Of a stretch of DNA of 64,000 bases, positions 29,051 through 63,938 are shown piece by piece; positions within the stretch are counted from its first letter, which is position 1; each line of letters opens with the position of its first letter. Both the position numbers and the translations under genes were made by a program. The DNA comes from Podarcis melisellensis (taxonomy: Eukaryota): NCBI GenBank assembly GCA_964234715.1, contig OZ174282.1; one strand, written 5' to 3'. Below the pieces are notes generated by a model. The model saw nothing but the letters and a program-made list of their open reading frames with translations. It was not told the DNA's origin and searched no databases.

Positions 29051-30162
29051 GGGACACATACCTTCCATAATAATTCTTTTCATATTTAAGGTGACACAAC
29101 CTTAAATATTTTTCTAGTGCTTTGCTTCTAGAAAAAAGGTGCAGGTATTGTGTACCCTCTGAGTACCACCAGAAAAACACTGTTTCTTTCTGTAACTTGT
29201 CTCTGTTATTGCATTCGTGGCCAAGAAAGGAATGCCAAATCCATTGCAAGATGCTCTGACTGTGTTCTACAATAGCAGATCAACAGACATTTAATTACTG
29301 ATTACTCAAAGCCAAGTATTTCCTGTAACTGCATAAGCCTAACATTATAAGGACACTTACAAGTGTGATGTCCTTGAACTCTAATAAGACATGTCATACA
29401 TTTTATCAGAAGAAGAACTTGTTTTGTTTTTCCCCTTTCCCAGCCACGTGGATCTCATTGGCTATGACTAGTTTGAAGGACTGGTCTGCTCAGAACAACA
29501 CTGGAAAAGGAACTGGCATAGTTGTTTGACAGAGTCTTTATACTCTGAAGTCGGATGTCAATTTCAGAGGAACTTCCAGCATGCAGCTGAAACAGAACAA
29601 AGAGGCAGTTTGACAGACAGCTGTGGGACTTCTCCTTGCCAAACTCTGATCCCAGAGACAAAAACAAATTAATAATATATCTCCAACAACAGATAAGTGA
29701 CATAAAGCTTTATTGAATTCCAGACCCATCTGGTTGGCCACTGGAAAACAAGATGCTGGGCTTTGATTTGATGTGTGTTTGGGTAACTGTTGGGCCCATA
29801 CACCTGGCAATGTTCACTGGGGCTTGATGCCTGCCCTGCCTTCCCTGCTGCAGTGAGTGCCACTGAGCCTCCCACCACCACCACCAATCACTCCCCACAG
29901 TCCCCAGATGCCAGGTGGCATCTGTTAGGTGGTATGAAAGAAGAGGTGACGGGGCACATAGCAGGTGACTGACCCCGAATGCAGGTTGCCAATGCTACAT
30001 AACTCTACTCCCAGTGAGGACCCAGAACCAGCCTGTCCTCCCCATGCCTAAGTTTGTTTGGGTTACATAAAAGGAGTCGCTAAACTAGTACTGTATGGGG
30101 CTATGTAGGCAAGGAACTGAGCACCCATTCTATTAATAGGATTTTATTTTTATTATAATAAA

Positions 30163-30164
<2 letters not shown>

Positions 30165-30205
<41 letters not shown>

Positions 30206-30310
30206 CTTATTTATATCCCACTCATTTGGCTGGGTTTCCCAGCCACTCTGGGTGGCTCCCAACAGAAGAAAAATAATGATGATGCAATCAAACATCAAAC
30301 ATGAAAAACT
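30165..30310 (-). repeat. (AAT)n microsatellite attached to an L2-like tail
   Basis: About 12 AAT units, then tttatatcccactcatttggctgggtttcccagccactctgggtggctccc. Confidence 0.65.
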
Positions 30311-30417
30311 TCCCTTTGGAACACTGCTCCTAGGTAATTCAGACAAGCACCTACAATTTTGATATTTCATTGCCTGCTGAAAACATTATGTTTTGCCAAG
30401 CGTTTTTAGATAATTAA

Positions 30418-30736
30418 GGGACACGGGTGGCGCTGTGGGTTAAACCACAGAGCCTAGGGCTTGCCAATCAGAAGGTTGGCGGTGGTCCCAGCGCCTGCCA
30501 ACCTAGCAGTTTGAAAGCACATCAATGTGCAAGTAGATAAATAGGTACCGCTCCGGCGGAAAGGTAAATAGCGTTTTCGTGCACTGCTCTGGTTCGCCAG
30601 AAGCAGCTTAGTCATGCTGGCCACATGACCCGGAAGCTATACACTAGCTCCCTTGGCCAGTAAAGCGAGATGAGCGCCGCAACTCCAAAGTCGTCTGCAA
30701 CTGGACCTAACGGTCAGGAGTCCCTTTACCTTTACC
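30418..30736 (+). mobile_element. Sauria SINE (lacertid type) with an internal deletion
   Basis: gggacacgggtggcgctgtgggttaaaccacagagcc head, (ACCTTT)n tail, 13-bp TSD tttagataattaa at 30405-30417 and 30737-30749. Confidence 0.88.
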
Positions 30737-31867
30737 TTTAGATAATTAATTTGATTCATTGTTGGTCTTTCAATCTGTATTTTATAATTTTGTTAGATTT
30801 TATTGTATCCCACTGTGATTTTTAAAAAATGAATTGGCTCTTTATAAACTTTTTAATAAATTAAAATAACAGAAAAACCTCCAGCACATTAACAGTAATA
30901 CATTGAGGCAAACTACTGTACAATGTTCAATCTCTCTTGGTTAAATGTATTCCTTTGTATGATTTGAGAAACTGAGCACCCATTTCAGACAAGCCTGAGA
31001 ACGAGGAGGCTATGAGTTTATAGAAACCTCTCTAGTTTGCACTGAGCTTAGTTTTGTCTCAGAATGAAGTCCCATATTACAGATGGGTAAGCAAGTAATG
31101 ATGAGTAAAGCTACCATCCAAGAGAATGAGTGTGATTATGACTGTCTCCCATGTGGTAAATTTTTAAAGGATATTGATTTTTTAAATGCTTTGACTCAGA
31201 GCCATTGGCTTGTGGATTGCTGACTGCTTGTGCAACTAGATAATATCAGCAACCTTGCAGTGCAATTTTACTCAGAAGTAAGTCCTACTGAATTCAGTGC
31301 AACATACTTTCAGGTAAATGTGCATAGGATTGCAGTGTTAGATATTTCCAATGTTGTACTCCTTTACACTGATACCTAGGAACAAGCACCCTGGATTACA
31401 GTAGGACCTACTTCTGAGTATACAGTCATATAGAACCACACTGTATAATATTGTTGCCTGCCACTCAATCACCAGGTGGTGCGATTTTCCAGGGTTTCCA
31501 GGCACACTTACCCAGGGTCTGTGTTTCCTTTTGGAAAGGTGACACAGTGGAGACTGTGGTGTTTTTATGATACATGGCTTATTTACACATATAACCTGAG
31601 CCTACCATGGAGTGGTTCACAACATTAACACTCCATGAGGGTCTTGCTTTTCCCATATGTGCAGCCCTGGATTCAAACAGACAATAGCCACGGCTCTGCC
31701 TGTTGCTTAGCATCTTGCTCACATAACTGCTAACTCTCTCTTAGCTGTGTGGCTTTATCTGTTAGGGGGAGGGAGAGGCCTCATTCATTTACCTTTTTAG
31801 ACAGAGTTCTGTGGTCCTTTGTTGTTCTTAAGGGCACATCCCCAGGCTATCGCCTCATGAGGAAGTT

Positions 31868-32535
31868 GTTGTTGTTGTTTAATCATGTCAGACTCTTTGT
31901 GACCCCATGGACCAGAGCACACCAGGCACTCCAGTCTTCCACTGCCTCCCGCAGTTTGGTCAAACTCATGCTGGTAGCTTCGAGAACACTGTCCAACCAT
32001 CCCGTCCTCTGTTGTCCCCTTCTCCTTGTGCCCTCAATCTTTCCCAACATCAGGGTCTTTTCCAGGGAGTCTTCTCTTCTCATGAGGTGGCCAAAGTATT
32101 GGAGCCTCAGCTTCACAATCTGTCCTTCCACTGAGCATTCAGGGCTGATTTCCTTAAGAATGGAGAGGTTTGGTCTTCTTGCAGTCCATGGGACTCTCAA
32201 AGAGTCTCCTCCAGCACCATAATTCAAAAGCATCAGTTCTTTGGCGATCAGCCTTCTTTATGGTCCAGCTCTCACTTCCATACATCACTACTGGGGAAAC
32301 CATAGCTGTAACTATACGGACCTTTGTTGGCAGTGATCCCCTTCATGGATCACTGCCTTGCCGTGGTGAAGGGGCTTGAATAACTCTGAGAAGCTATGAG
32401 CTATGCCATGCAGGGCCACCCAAGATGGATAGGTCATAGTGGAGAGTTTTGACCAAACGTGATCCACCTAGAGCAGGAACCGGCAAGCCACTCCAGTATC
32501 CCTGCCAAGAAAACTCCATGGACGAAGACAACAGG
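31868..32535 (-). mobile_element. BovB LINE insertion with an inverted 5' segment
   Basis: 3' end on the minus strand (31868 to about 32333, (caa)n tail), 5'-region fragment on plus (about 32334-32535); 12-bp TSD catgaggaagtt at 31856-31867 and 32536-32547. Confidence 0.88.
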
Positions 32536-32799
32536 CATGAGGAAGTTAGCCTTGCTTAATTAGCTTTTAACACTCGCTGATTCAAAGTATTGTCTACCAC
32601 ACAGCTTAATACACATGGATCTGGCGTAATACGCAGGAGTCCTGGTTTTAACACTCCAAGCATTGATTAATTTCTAACACTAGTTTATTCAAGAGATTAT
32701 AATGGTCTAGCACCCACAAACTCATAACAATATCTCTGATGGGACACCTGCGCCTTGAACCTTAATAAATGACTATTACTTGTTTAATTTTGTATCAGA

Positions 32800-32935
32800 T
32801 ATAGACAGACAGACAGACAGACAGATGATAGAGATACAGTTATATATCAGAGATTAGATATATATCTATATAGTTTATTATGTTTGTGTGTGTTTACATA
32901 CATATACAGACACACACACACACACACACACTCAC
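32800..32935. repeat. Microsatellite cluster: (GACA)n, (TA)n, (TG)n, (CA)n
   Basis: Read directly. Confidence 0.8.
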
Positions 32936-33397
32936 ACTCCTTGCATTATTTATCGTGGTGTGCTGGTTCTTCCCAGAGGAAACCTGTTAGAATTGTACCG
33001 CACCAAGCTAGTCAATATTTTAAAAGTCTTACAACTAATCTTTCTAAAGTGGAGGGTTTTTTAAAAAAAAAGAAAAAATATATTATTTATATGCAGATAT
33101 GTATTATAAATATAAACTTTTATAATTTACCATTGAGCCATGTCGCCATGTAAGAAGAAAATGGTGAGTATTTGCCTGGTCAGGGATTTCGTAACGGTTT
33201 TCAAACCACAAAGTTGCAATGACAACTGTTTTGTAGTGTAGAGCTGTGAATCCGGATGCCGCTTTTACATGCCTTGGAGTTTCGGGGGAGAGGTTTGACG
33301 AAACCCATACGAGCTACACAAGGATTAAAACTCACCCATATTTTATTTTTTTGCTGGTGGCTTACAAGAAGGTTCTGCCGAGCCGCTTTTCGCAGGA

Positions 33398-33470
33398 GCC
33401 TCGTTGGCGCAGTAGGCAGCGCGTCAGTCTCATAATCTGAAGGTCGTGAGTTCGAGCCTCACACGGGGCA
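33398..33470 (+). tRNA. Elongator tRNA-Met (anticodon CAT)
   Basis: 73 nt GCCTCGTTGGCGCAGTAGGCAGCGCGTCAGTCTCATAATCTGAAGGTCGTGAGTTCGAGCCTCACACGGGGCA; A and B boxes intact, CAT at 33431-33433, G1:C72 pair (not the initiator A1:U72), T6 Pol III terminator at 33478-33483. Confidence 0.96.
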
Positions 33471-33856
33471 AGCCTACTTTTTTATTCTCCCTTTATTTCT
33501 GCCCCGTAACAGCTACTCGTTCAGTTTACCGTTAGTCATCAATGCTGGTGGATTCGGGGGTGGCAAACGCTGCCGTCCATTCATGGTAAGAAATAACTAT
33601 GGAGGAGAGTCGTAAAAAGGAGAAGAATGCGACATTTTAACTGTTGCCTCTATATTGCCCCACCCCTTGTAGCGCGCAACTGCAAAGGAGAATTTACTGT
33701 TCCACGAAGACAACAAGCACACATAACCTTAGCACGGATGCTTAACTGTGATTCCTGCTCCTCCCGATCAAGTAAATCAATAAAAATACTTAACAGAGGT
33801 TCTGCCCCGCTACGCCCATCCTTCCAACTCGACAATTCGATGCGCCTATGATTCTA

Positions 33857-33900
33857 TGTATACGATGTGGCGCAAAGGTGTATACGATGTGGCGCAAAGG
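33857..33900. repeat. Perfect 22-bp tandem duplication
   Basis: tgtatacgatgtggcgcaaagg twice. Confidence 0.9.
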
Positions 33901-34670
33901 CTGCACTGGGGCTGTGCCATTTTGCGTAGAAAGAGTTCACACGGCGATGCTACTCGGACATCAACTTACTTAACCATGCTCTGGATTTAGGTAATTGCAG
34001 AAATATTAACTCCGAGTTTATTTTTAATTCCACCTCCCCCCGCCCTTCAACCATTTGGCCATCTTTTCCGCTTCAAAAACAGGCTAGCACTGGATCACTA
34101 AATGAAAGGTTTTAATGATGCAAAGTCGATTATTTACAGGGCCTTCTCTCCCTCTCGGCTTTTTCACTTTCTGCAAAAAATAATTAAAAATTCCATTGAT
34201 AATAAGAACAGGACTAGCCGTATGAGTAAACAAAGAAGGCGGAGCTACAAGGCCAAAGAGGCGGGGCTTTTCGATTCCCTTTTTGCGGGCGTATTCTGCA
34301 GTGCATCTATTACGGCCGGGTGGGCGTAGCCAGGCGGGCCTGCGTTTCATCCAATAGCAGCTCTGGAGGGCGTGGCCACCTTGACAGCCAACAACCGACT
34401 AGGAAGGCTGAGGGAAAGGGAAAAGGGCTGGGACGGCCTTGTCCGGACTGGAGCCTGAAGGATAGGGCAGACCGCGGCCCTGATTGGCGAAAGGCCCCAG
34501 CCAATGAGGGCGCGGGAAGGGCGCGCTGGATTGGCGGAGGACTGCAGGCCACGGGGCGGATCCCGCCTGCGATTGGCCGGGAGGCGGGGCCCGACGCGTG
34601 CCGGCGACCCCCGACTGTCAGCGAGAGCGAGGAGAAAGCGCAGCTGAGGCGCTCGCCCCGTCGGTCTGTC

Positions 34671-57511
<22,841 letters not shown>

Positions 57512-57645
57512 TGGCGGCTTCTTCTGGCAGCTGGAAGGGAGAGGGATTCATGTTTTCCATCTTGAGGGGCAAAGCACTCATCCTTGGAGCCACGAGAGCT
57601 CGAGACATAATGCACTTCTCAAGGAGGACTTTTTACCAAAATGAG

Positions 57646-57677
<32 letters not shown>
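57646..57677. repeat. (AC)n microsatellite in the FBXO31 3' UTR
   Basis: About 16 units; a (TG)n run follows at about 57870-57886. Confidence 0.85.
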
Positions 57678-57681
<4 letters not shown>

Positions 57682-59480
57682 TTAACACACGAATGAAACT
57701 TCCACAGTATTTTATGCATAGTTTGCAACATAGGTCTGTATATTTGGAGGACAGCTGGCCGAGGTAGTAGCAGCTTAGCATGCTTGCTTTTCTTTCCCTG
57801 CCCCCCTGAAGTTTAGTGCTTGAGTGGGGACAAACCAAAACCAGCACTTTGCAGACAGTGTAAATAATTGTGTGTGTGTGTGTGTGTTACATGAGCAACA
57901 GCCACTCGGTATCCTCCCTGAGCCAGGAAGCTGTTCTCCAGCACGGCTCTGTTGCCCTGGGCTTATTTTCTGAACATGCCTCTCTCACTTAAGAATCATG
58001 TTAAAAATTGTGATCTGTGGCTAACTGCCATGAGATTCAGATGTTAGTTTTCTCATCAGAAAGCGTTCTTTTAAATGTGAGAGTTCCCACTGGGCAACTC
58101 TGTGTGAGTGAGGTATGTGGGGAAAGGGAGAGAGACCATGCAACACAGCCTGGTTGCCTCTTTCCTAACCTTTTCACAGGCTCCTTTGCATTCCTTTCTT
58201 TTCCACCTGAAATTAGGGTAGGCAAAGAGACCTCTGGAGCAGTTGAGTAGAAGGTACCCTTGCTGTATATTCTCTTATTTCCCCCCATGTCTCTGAGCCC
58301 ATCATGTGACTTGGATAAGAACTTTACAGCATTATGTGGCTGCAGGTTCAGGCCTGTTGATGTGATGATGATGATTATTATTTATTTTATTTCTTGAAAA
58401 ATTATAAGTTCCACAACACACTAGATGTTCCCTCCTGTTCTCTCCCTTCCCATGCCATTCAGCCACTGTGCCTCTTGTGTGAGGGTTTGACACTGGTGCC
58501 CTGGCCTCCTTCTCTTGCTGCTGAGCATTTGCTTAAGGAGTAGATCATCGGAAAAGCTGCTGGGGTTTGGTTGATGGAAATCAAGATGGCTGCCACCTTT
58601 GGGCACTTTAAGTGGGTCTTGCCAAGTTCTGGCCTTACTTGGGCCCAAGCCACCTATTCTTGGGAGCTGTAACATTTCTCCCTTCATGCCATGTATGCAC
58701 TACAAAATGCAACTAATACCCGGTGCCCTCATTCCGGTTTGCACCCTCTACAAGCCTTATGGGAAGCTGTGTGATTCTCATGCAATTCTAGAATTTGTTC
58801 TGTAATTTCCCTTTACTCTACCTAGGGATCCTCCATGGGAACAACCTCCTTTTAAGCAGCTGGAGCTTGCAAATATATGTCTAATTTGCAGAATCTTTGT
58901 ATTTCTTGCTTTCTTTCTCCTTTGCCCTCTGCCCCACCGTTACAGTTTTGGAAAGCTTTCCAGCTCTTCTGAACACCCATCCTCTGCAAAATATTCAAGT
59001 CCTCCAGCCGCCTGGAAGGAAAGCTGAGAAAGAAGAATGACCAACCACCATACTCCCATGAAATCGCTACAGAGAGTGTCCAAAACGGACAACTCAGACC
59101 TTGAAGGAGCAATACATCAACCACTGCACTCTCTTACCATACCACATTTCATGCAACTTCTTCTGGAGTCCTCTTGGGTATCTTTGGAAGATGCTCCAGC
59201 AGAAATCCCTTGGGTATCCCTAATCATAGGATTACAGGAATTATAACATGAACAACAAAAACTATCTTTCCATTGTTGAGGTTTATCCACTGGGAGGGAA
59301 GAATCTGCTCTTAGCTTTTTTGCAGCATTGTAATCACCGTATATAATGCATGGCTAGTTGCTGTAGCATTACGAAGGGAGAATTGTAATCTTTCTGTATG
59401 AGCAAGGAGGGTGGTTGGGCAGGTCTAACATAACCCTTTCTCGGGGGAGATGCTTTTTCATTTCCTACAGCACCAACAGC

Positions 59481-59486
59481 AATAAA
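59481..59486 (+). terminator. Candidate FBXO31 polyadenylation signal (AATAAA)
   Basis: AATAAA about 2 kb after the stop codon with T-rich sequence downstream; another AATAAA at 60555. Confidence 0.5.
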
Positions 59487-62400
59487 TCCATTATTTGTAT
59501 TATCAGGGTTTCAAAGCTACACTGGAGCCATATATAAACTCATGAATTCAATCCACTGATGAGAAGAGGATGAAAGGGAGGTTGAGGTCTCGACCGTGGG
59601 GGGTGGGGTGGGGGTGTCGCATGTGGTAAGGAGAGAAGAGAAAGCTAGATCTTGCTGGAAACAGGTAAAAACTTTCATCGACAATGCTTGAAGCAGCTAG
59701 CCAGGTCTGGGGAAACACAAGAGGAAGGTGAAAAAGCATAGAAGGAGAGCCTCAAGGGACAAGGCTAGAATTCTTGAGATCTTCATATCAGTGCAGAAGG
59801 GAATCTGCATGCAGATTAGAGACTGCTGAACATACAGGTTGGCTGCAAGAGGTTTTTATATACTCTGTGCAGGCTTGGTAGGGAGCAGGCATTGGAGCCA
59901 GAAACGTGTGCTCTGTGAGGGCATGGGAAGGAAACCTCTGTCTTCTGCCATAGGCTGAATTGCCCATGGGGCCGTGGTTTCTTGTAAACTTTCTTCACTC
60001 CTTTTCAGCATTCTGTCCTCTTCACTTCTTTAGAGGTTTGCTTGTGCAAAAGGAACAGGACTGGGTAATGTCAAGCACAAGACGAGATTACTGGGAGGTG
60101 TGAAAATGATTTGCTTGAAAACAGAAAGTGTCTTCCAAACTTTGTAGCAGAAATACAAATTGGTTGAATTTCAGCAAGTTGTACAAGTGGTGAGGAAGGG
60201 AGGAGGGGTGTGTGTGTGTTTGCTTGCCTCCCGTAGCTGACCTGTCAATTCACATTATAAATGAGCACCAATCCTGATTAAGGATTGTTAATGATGTGTT
60301 GCAGTTGTATTGTTATTGATCAACCCAGGCATGACTACTAAGCTGCTCTTACAGTATGTGTGCAGTTGGCGTCTTGACTCCTCGGTCCCTTGCCTGAACC
60401 TTTTGCAAATGGAGCATTTTACGTAGCTGTGAGAGCTGATGTGTGGATAAAGGAGGCTGATTCTGCAGTTTCACATGTCAGGAAAAGGGAGGGAGCATAC
60501 AGCTCCATATAGCTAGGCCCACAGGTGGGTCAGGTAGGACCATGAGCTAGCAACAATAAAGTGAAATTCAGATGTAAAGTTTATCTTTGTCAAATGGGTA
60601 CAATGAGAGCGGGAGGGGGTCCTAAACCCTTTCTGTTCATTGATTTTTTTGGAAAGTAACTCACTTCTGTAGCCCACCCCTGATTATCACCTCTGGATTT
60701 AGCCATAGGTGGGAGTAGGTAAGTTGCTGGAGGAAATGGGTTATGAGAGGGCTAAGTGTGTATGTTTACAGGTGTGTGTAGACACATGTGTGTGCATGCT
60801 TGCAACTCTCTGTGGTGCAGCATCGACAGGAGGCAAGTCTGGATTTGCCCACACCATCACAGGTCCTCCAGGTACAACACTCTCTCACTCTTTTGCACTG
60901 ACATGGGCTGGAGACTGAATCTGCTCCCTGCCCCCAGCTGATTGCAGCCATGCAGAATCTTGCCCGCTTCTCCCTGCCCAGGCCTGGCCTGTGTTCTGTT
61001 TCCTGGTCACAACAGAACGTTGGCAGCTGCCTCTTCTGCACAGTGCCCACCTGTGTCCTTGGCACATTGCAGAGTACCGTAATAGGAGAGACAAGACACA
61101 GGTCCCTGCCCCAAGGACCTCACAGTTATGCTTCGGTAGGCAAGGGAAGTAACACACAAATGAGGTACAAGCACAGCAGGAGAGGACTACAGTAGATGCC
61201 ATGATGCTTTTAGGTAACTTCAGACTTTGTGGGGGCACTTTAAATAACAGGGTATATTATTCCACTCAGCCCTGCTGCATTTGGAGGCCCTCCTGCCCCG
61301 AGAGCATTACTGAACACATGCAAATTACAGTCCTGGATGTTTAGGCTTTGTATCAGTTACTAATGAGTCCTGGATCTTGTTTCAGGCACTATTCTGTGGG
61401 TAGTCCTTCAGCTGCCTGTACTATTAGATGCTGTTGTTTTATCCCCTTTGAAAAATGGCCATTGCTCTAAAGCAGCTGGTCCTTCAAGCTCCTGAGGCCA
61501 CAGCTATTTCTGTGCTGAATGTGTGTGAGGGGATTCATTTTGCCATAGGCTGTGCCACGGCGTAGTATGCCTGCTGGAGTTAGCGGGGCCTTGTCTGTGT
61601 GACCCATGCCCTTGGTACTGCAGCCGTCTGTGCAGAGGTTGATGTGCCAAGGAGCCTCCCTGCTCTGGGCGGCCGAATGGAAGAATATTGAAAACTTCTT
61701 TTTCGTCCCTTCCAACCATGTACAAAAAGTTGGGCCTGGCACCTTATCCTCTAGGGGTGGCATCCGACTTTTATTTCTCATCCCTTCCATGGTGTGGGGA
61801 TGAAGCTTCAGTGGCCCAGCCTGCACTGCTTTTTGGGTGGCAGATATGCAAGCTCCATGTCTACATATTCCTTTTCAACCTGCTTATTGTTTCCCAAGGA
61901 GCCTTTTCCAATTTCAGATGACAATAAAAAGAGATTTTGCGAATTTGAGACTCGTGTTCTCTGATACTGCGAATTCAGAACCTCAGGCCAGGTCAAACAA
62001 TTTCTCCATTCAGACCAATATTGTGTACTTTAGACAGGCACCACCAGCTCTGCCAGGGCTTTAGCTGAGACTTTCCCCATCACTCCATCCCTGAAGCCAG
62101 CAGGGCCTGCCAGGATTTCAGGTGTGATCTTCTGCCTGCAAAGCATGACTATATGGAAACCCACTGTGTTCACTTAGGCAGGGTAACTCCCTAAGAACTG
62201 TGCATTTAAACCCTATCTAGTTACTGAGATCCAACAGCAGGTCACCTGTTAATAGGAGCAAAACCTCCACACCTGTTTCCCACTGGCTTCAGGCTCATTT
62301 AAGCAACCTACAGCAGGAGCCCCACCCCACCCAGTGACATTAAAAAATGTGCCCCCCCTTACTTTTGCAAACTCCAAGCTATAGGAACAAAGGAATTTTA

Positions 62401-62714
62401 TTTATTTATTTTTACAATTCAGGCTGTAGAGAGGTGGGTGTGGCCAGTGATTTGTTGGTTTTGGAGATTTGGTTTTAATTTTTACCCTCTTCCTGGCACC
62501 CCCAGCCGGCAGCCAGATTGCACTGAAGTTGCCTCTGCCTACCTCTTCTTCCCCACACAATGACTCCTCACCTTGCCTACTGTTCTGGCCCCTGCAGTGG
62601 TGTTGCTTCAAACTAAGAACACAAGGTGGCACTCTTGAGCCACAGGCCCAGGGAGGGATGCTGCCACCAGATTATTATGTTGCCCAACCAGGAACTTCCC
62701 ATCCCAGGAAATGG

Positions 62715-62890
62715 GAACACAGGAAATTGCTTTATAGTGAGTCAGGCCGCTGGTCAATCTAGCTCAGTATTGTCAAAAATAATTGGCAGCACCTCTCCAG
62801 GGTTTCAGCCGTGGGTCTCTCCCAGGTCTACCTGAAGAGGATTGAACCTAAGACCTTCTGCATGCAAAGCAGGTGCTCTGCCACGGATGC
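62715..62890 (-). mobile_element. Squam3-like SINE
   Basis: gggattgaacctaagaccttctgcatgcaaagcaggtgctctgccac is the reverse complement of the SINE head at 6410. Confidence 0.7.
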
Positions 62891-63938
62891 CTTTCCCAAC
62901 TCACACTTCCTGTCGCTCCACTGCAGTTCAACTCAAACCACAAAAACATCTGGCCAGGCCAGGACTGGTGCTCTTCATTTTGCATTCATTTTGCAAATCT
63001 TCATGAGCAAAGTGCTTTCTTCCAATGTACCCCAACCTTACCCCATACCTCTCCTGGTCAGCCCCTCAGAGAGAGGCTGTTCTGTGCATTCACTTATAAG
63101 CCTATCTTCACTTATTGCAATACACGTGGCCTGGTGCTTCGCTTTGGGCCAATAATTCAGCGCCTGCAATGCTTAGCTTGGTTCCACTCTGCCAGAGGGC
63201 CAGCAGGAATGAGGGGTATCTAGTGCAAGGAATGCACTCTGAATGCACTGCAGAACCATGGAGTTTCCCAAATCATGAGCGAGCTGGAGTTAGAGGGAGT
63301 GATCAAAACTCCTTCCTCCCCGCAATAAATATTTGGATGGTTATTGAACACAATCTGTGGCTCTCTTCACTGCGTAGATTGACTGTGCAAGAGGGCAGTG
63401 ATGTACTTGTCTGTTTTGTAGCATGTCCCTCCACCACTGATATCAACATTTGCCTGCCCACATGGTCCTCATTCTCTTCCATTCTTTGAACTCAAGTCAG
63501 AGGCGACATATGTAGCCAGCTGAGCCCTCCATCAGAGACTCGAGAAAGTTCGTTGCACCTTAGCTTGCCGTAATCTTGAGGACAGAGACGATGGCACACG
63601 GCACCCCACAAGCCATGTGCTGAGCCCATCACCTACATAACCAGCCAAGACTGCAGCCAAAGCGACTTAGTTTACGTGGGACACTGGGAGGCCGGCAGTC
63701 TCTTTCATCAAGACCATCTCGGGGAAGGATCTATTGCCTGCCAGGTTGTGAGACCCGAGGCTGAAGATGTGCAGCATGAACAGGACCAGGAGGTGGAGAT
63801 ACAGGGTGGTGGGTTGGGCTCTGCTTCCTTGGAGGTGGGACTCCTAGGTGCTGCTTTCCCTACTTATTCTCCTGCGTGGAAACCGCAGCCCCACTTGTCG
63901 TTTGGCGACTCTCCTCTGAACAGCCTCTCGTTGCCAGG

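Noticed and set aside
34320-34670. N-terminal extension of FBXO31 in the 251-aa ORF
   Set aside because: Non-ATG start running through CCAAT and GC promoter boxes; the conserved protein begins MAVCARLCG at 34671, and GC-rich DNA is naturally poor in stops
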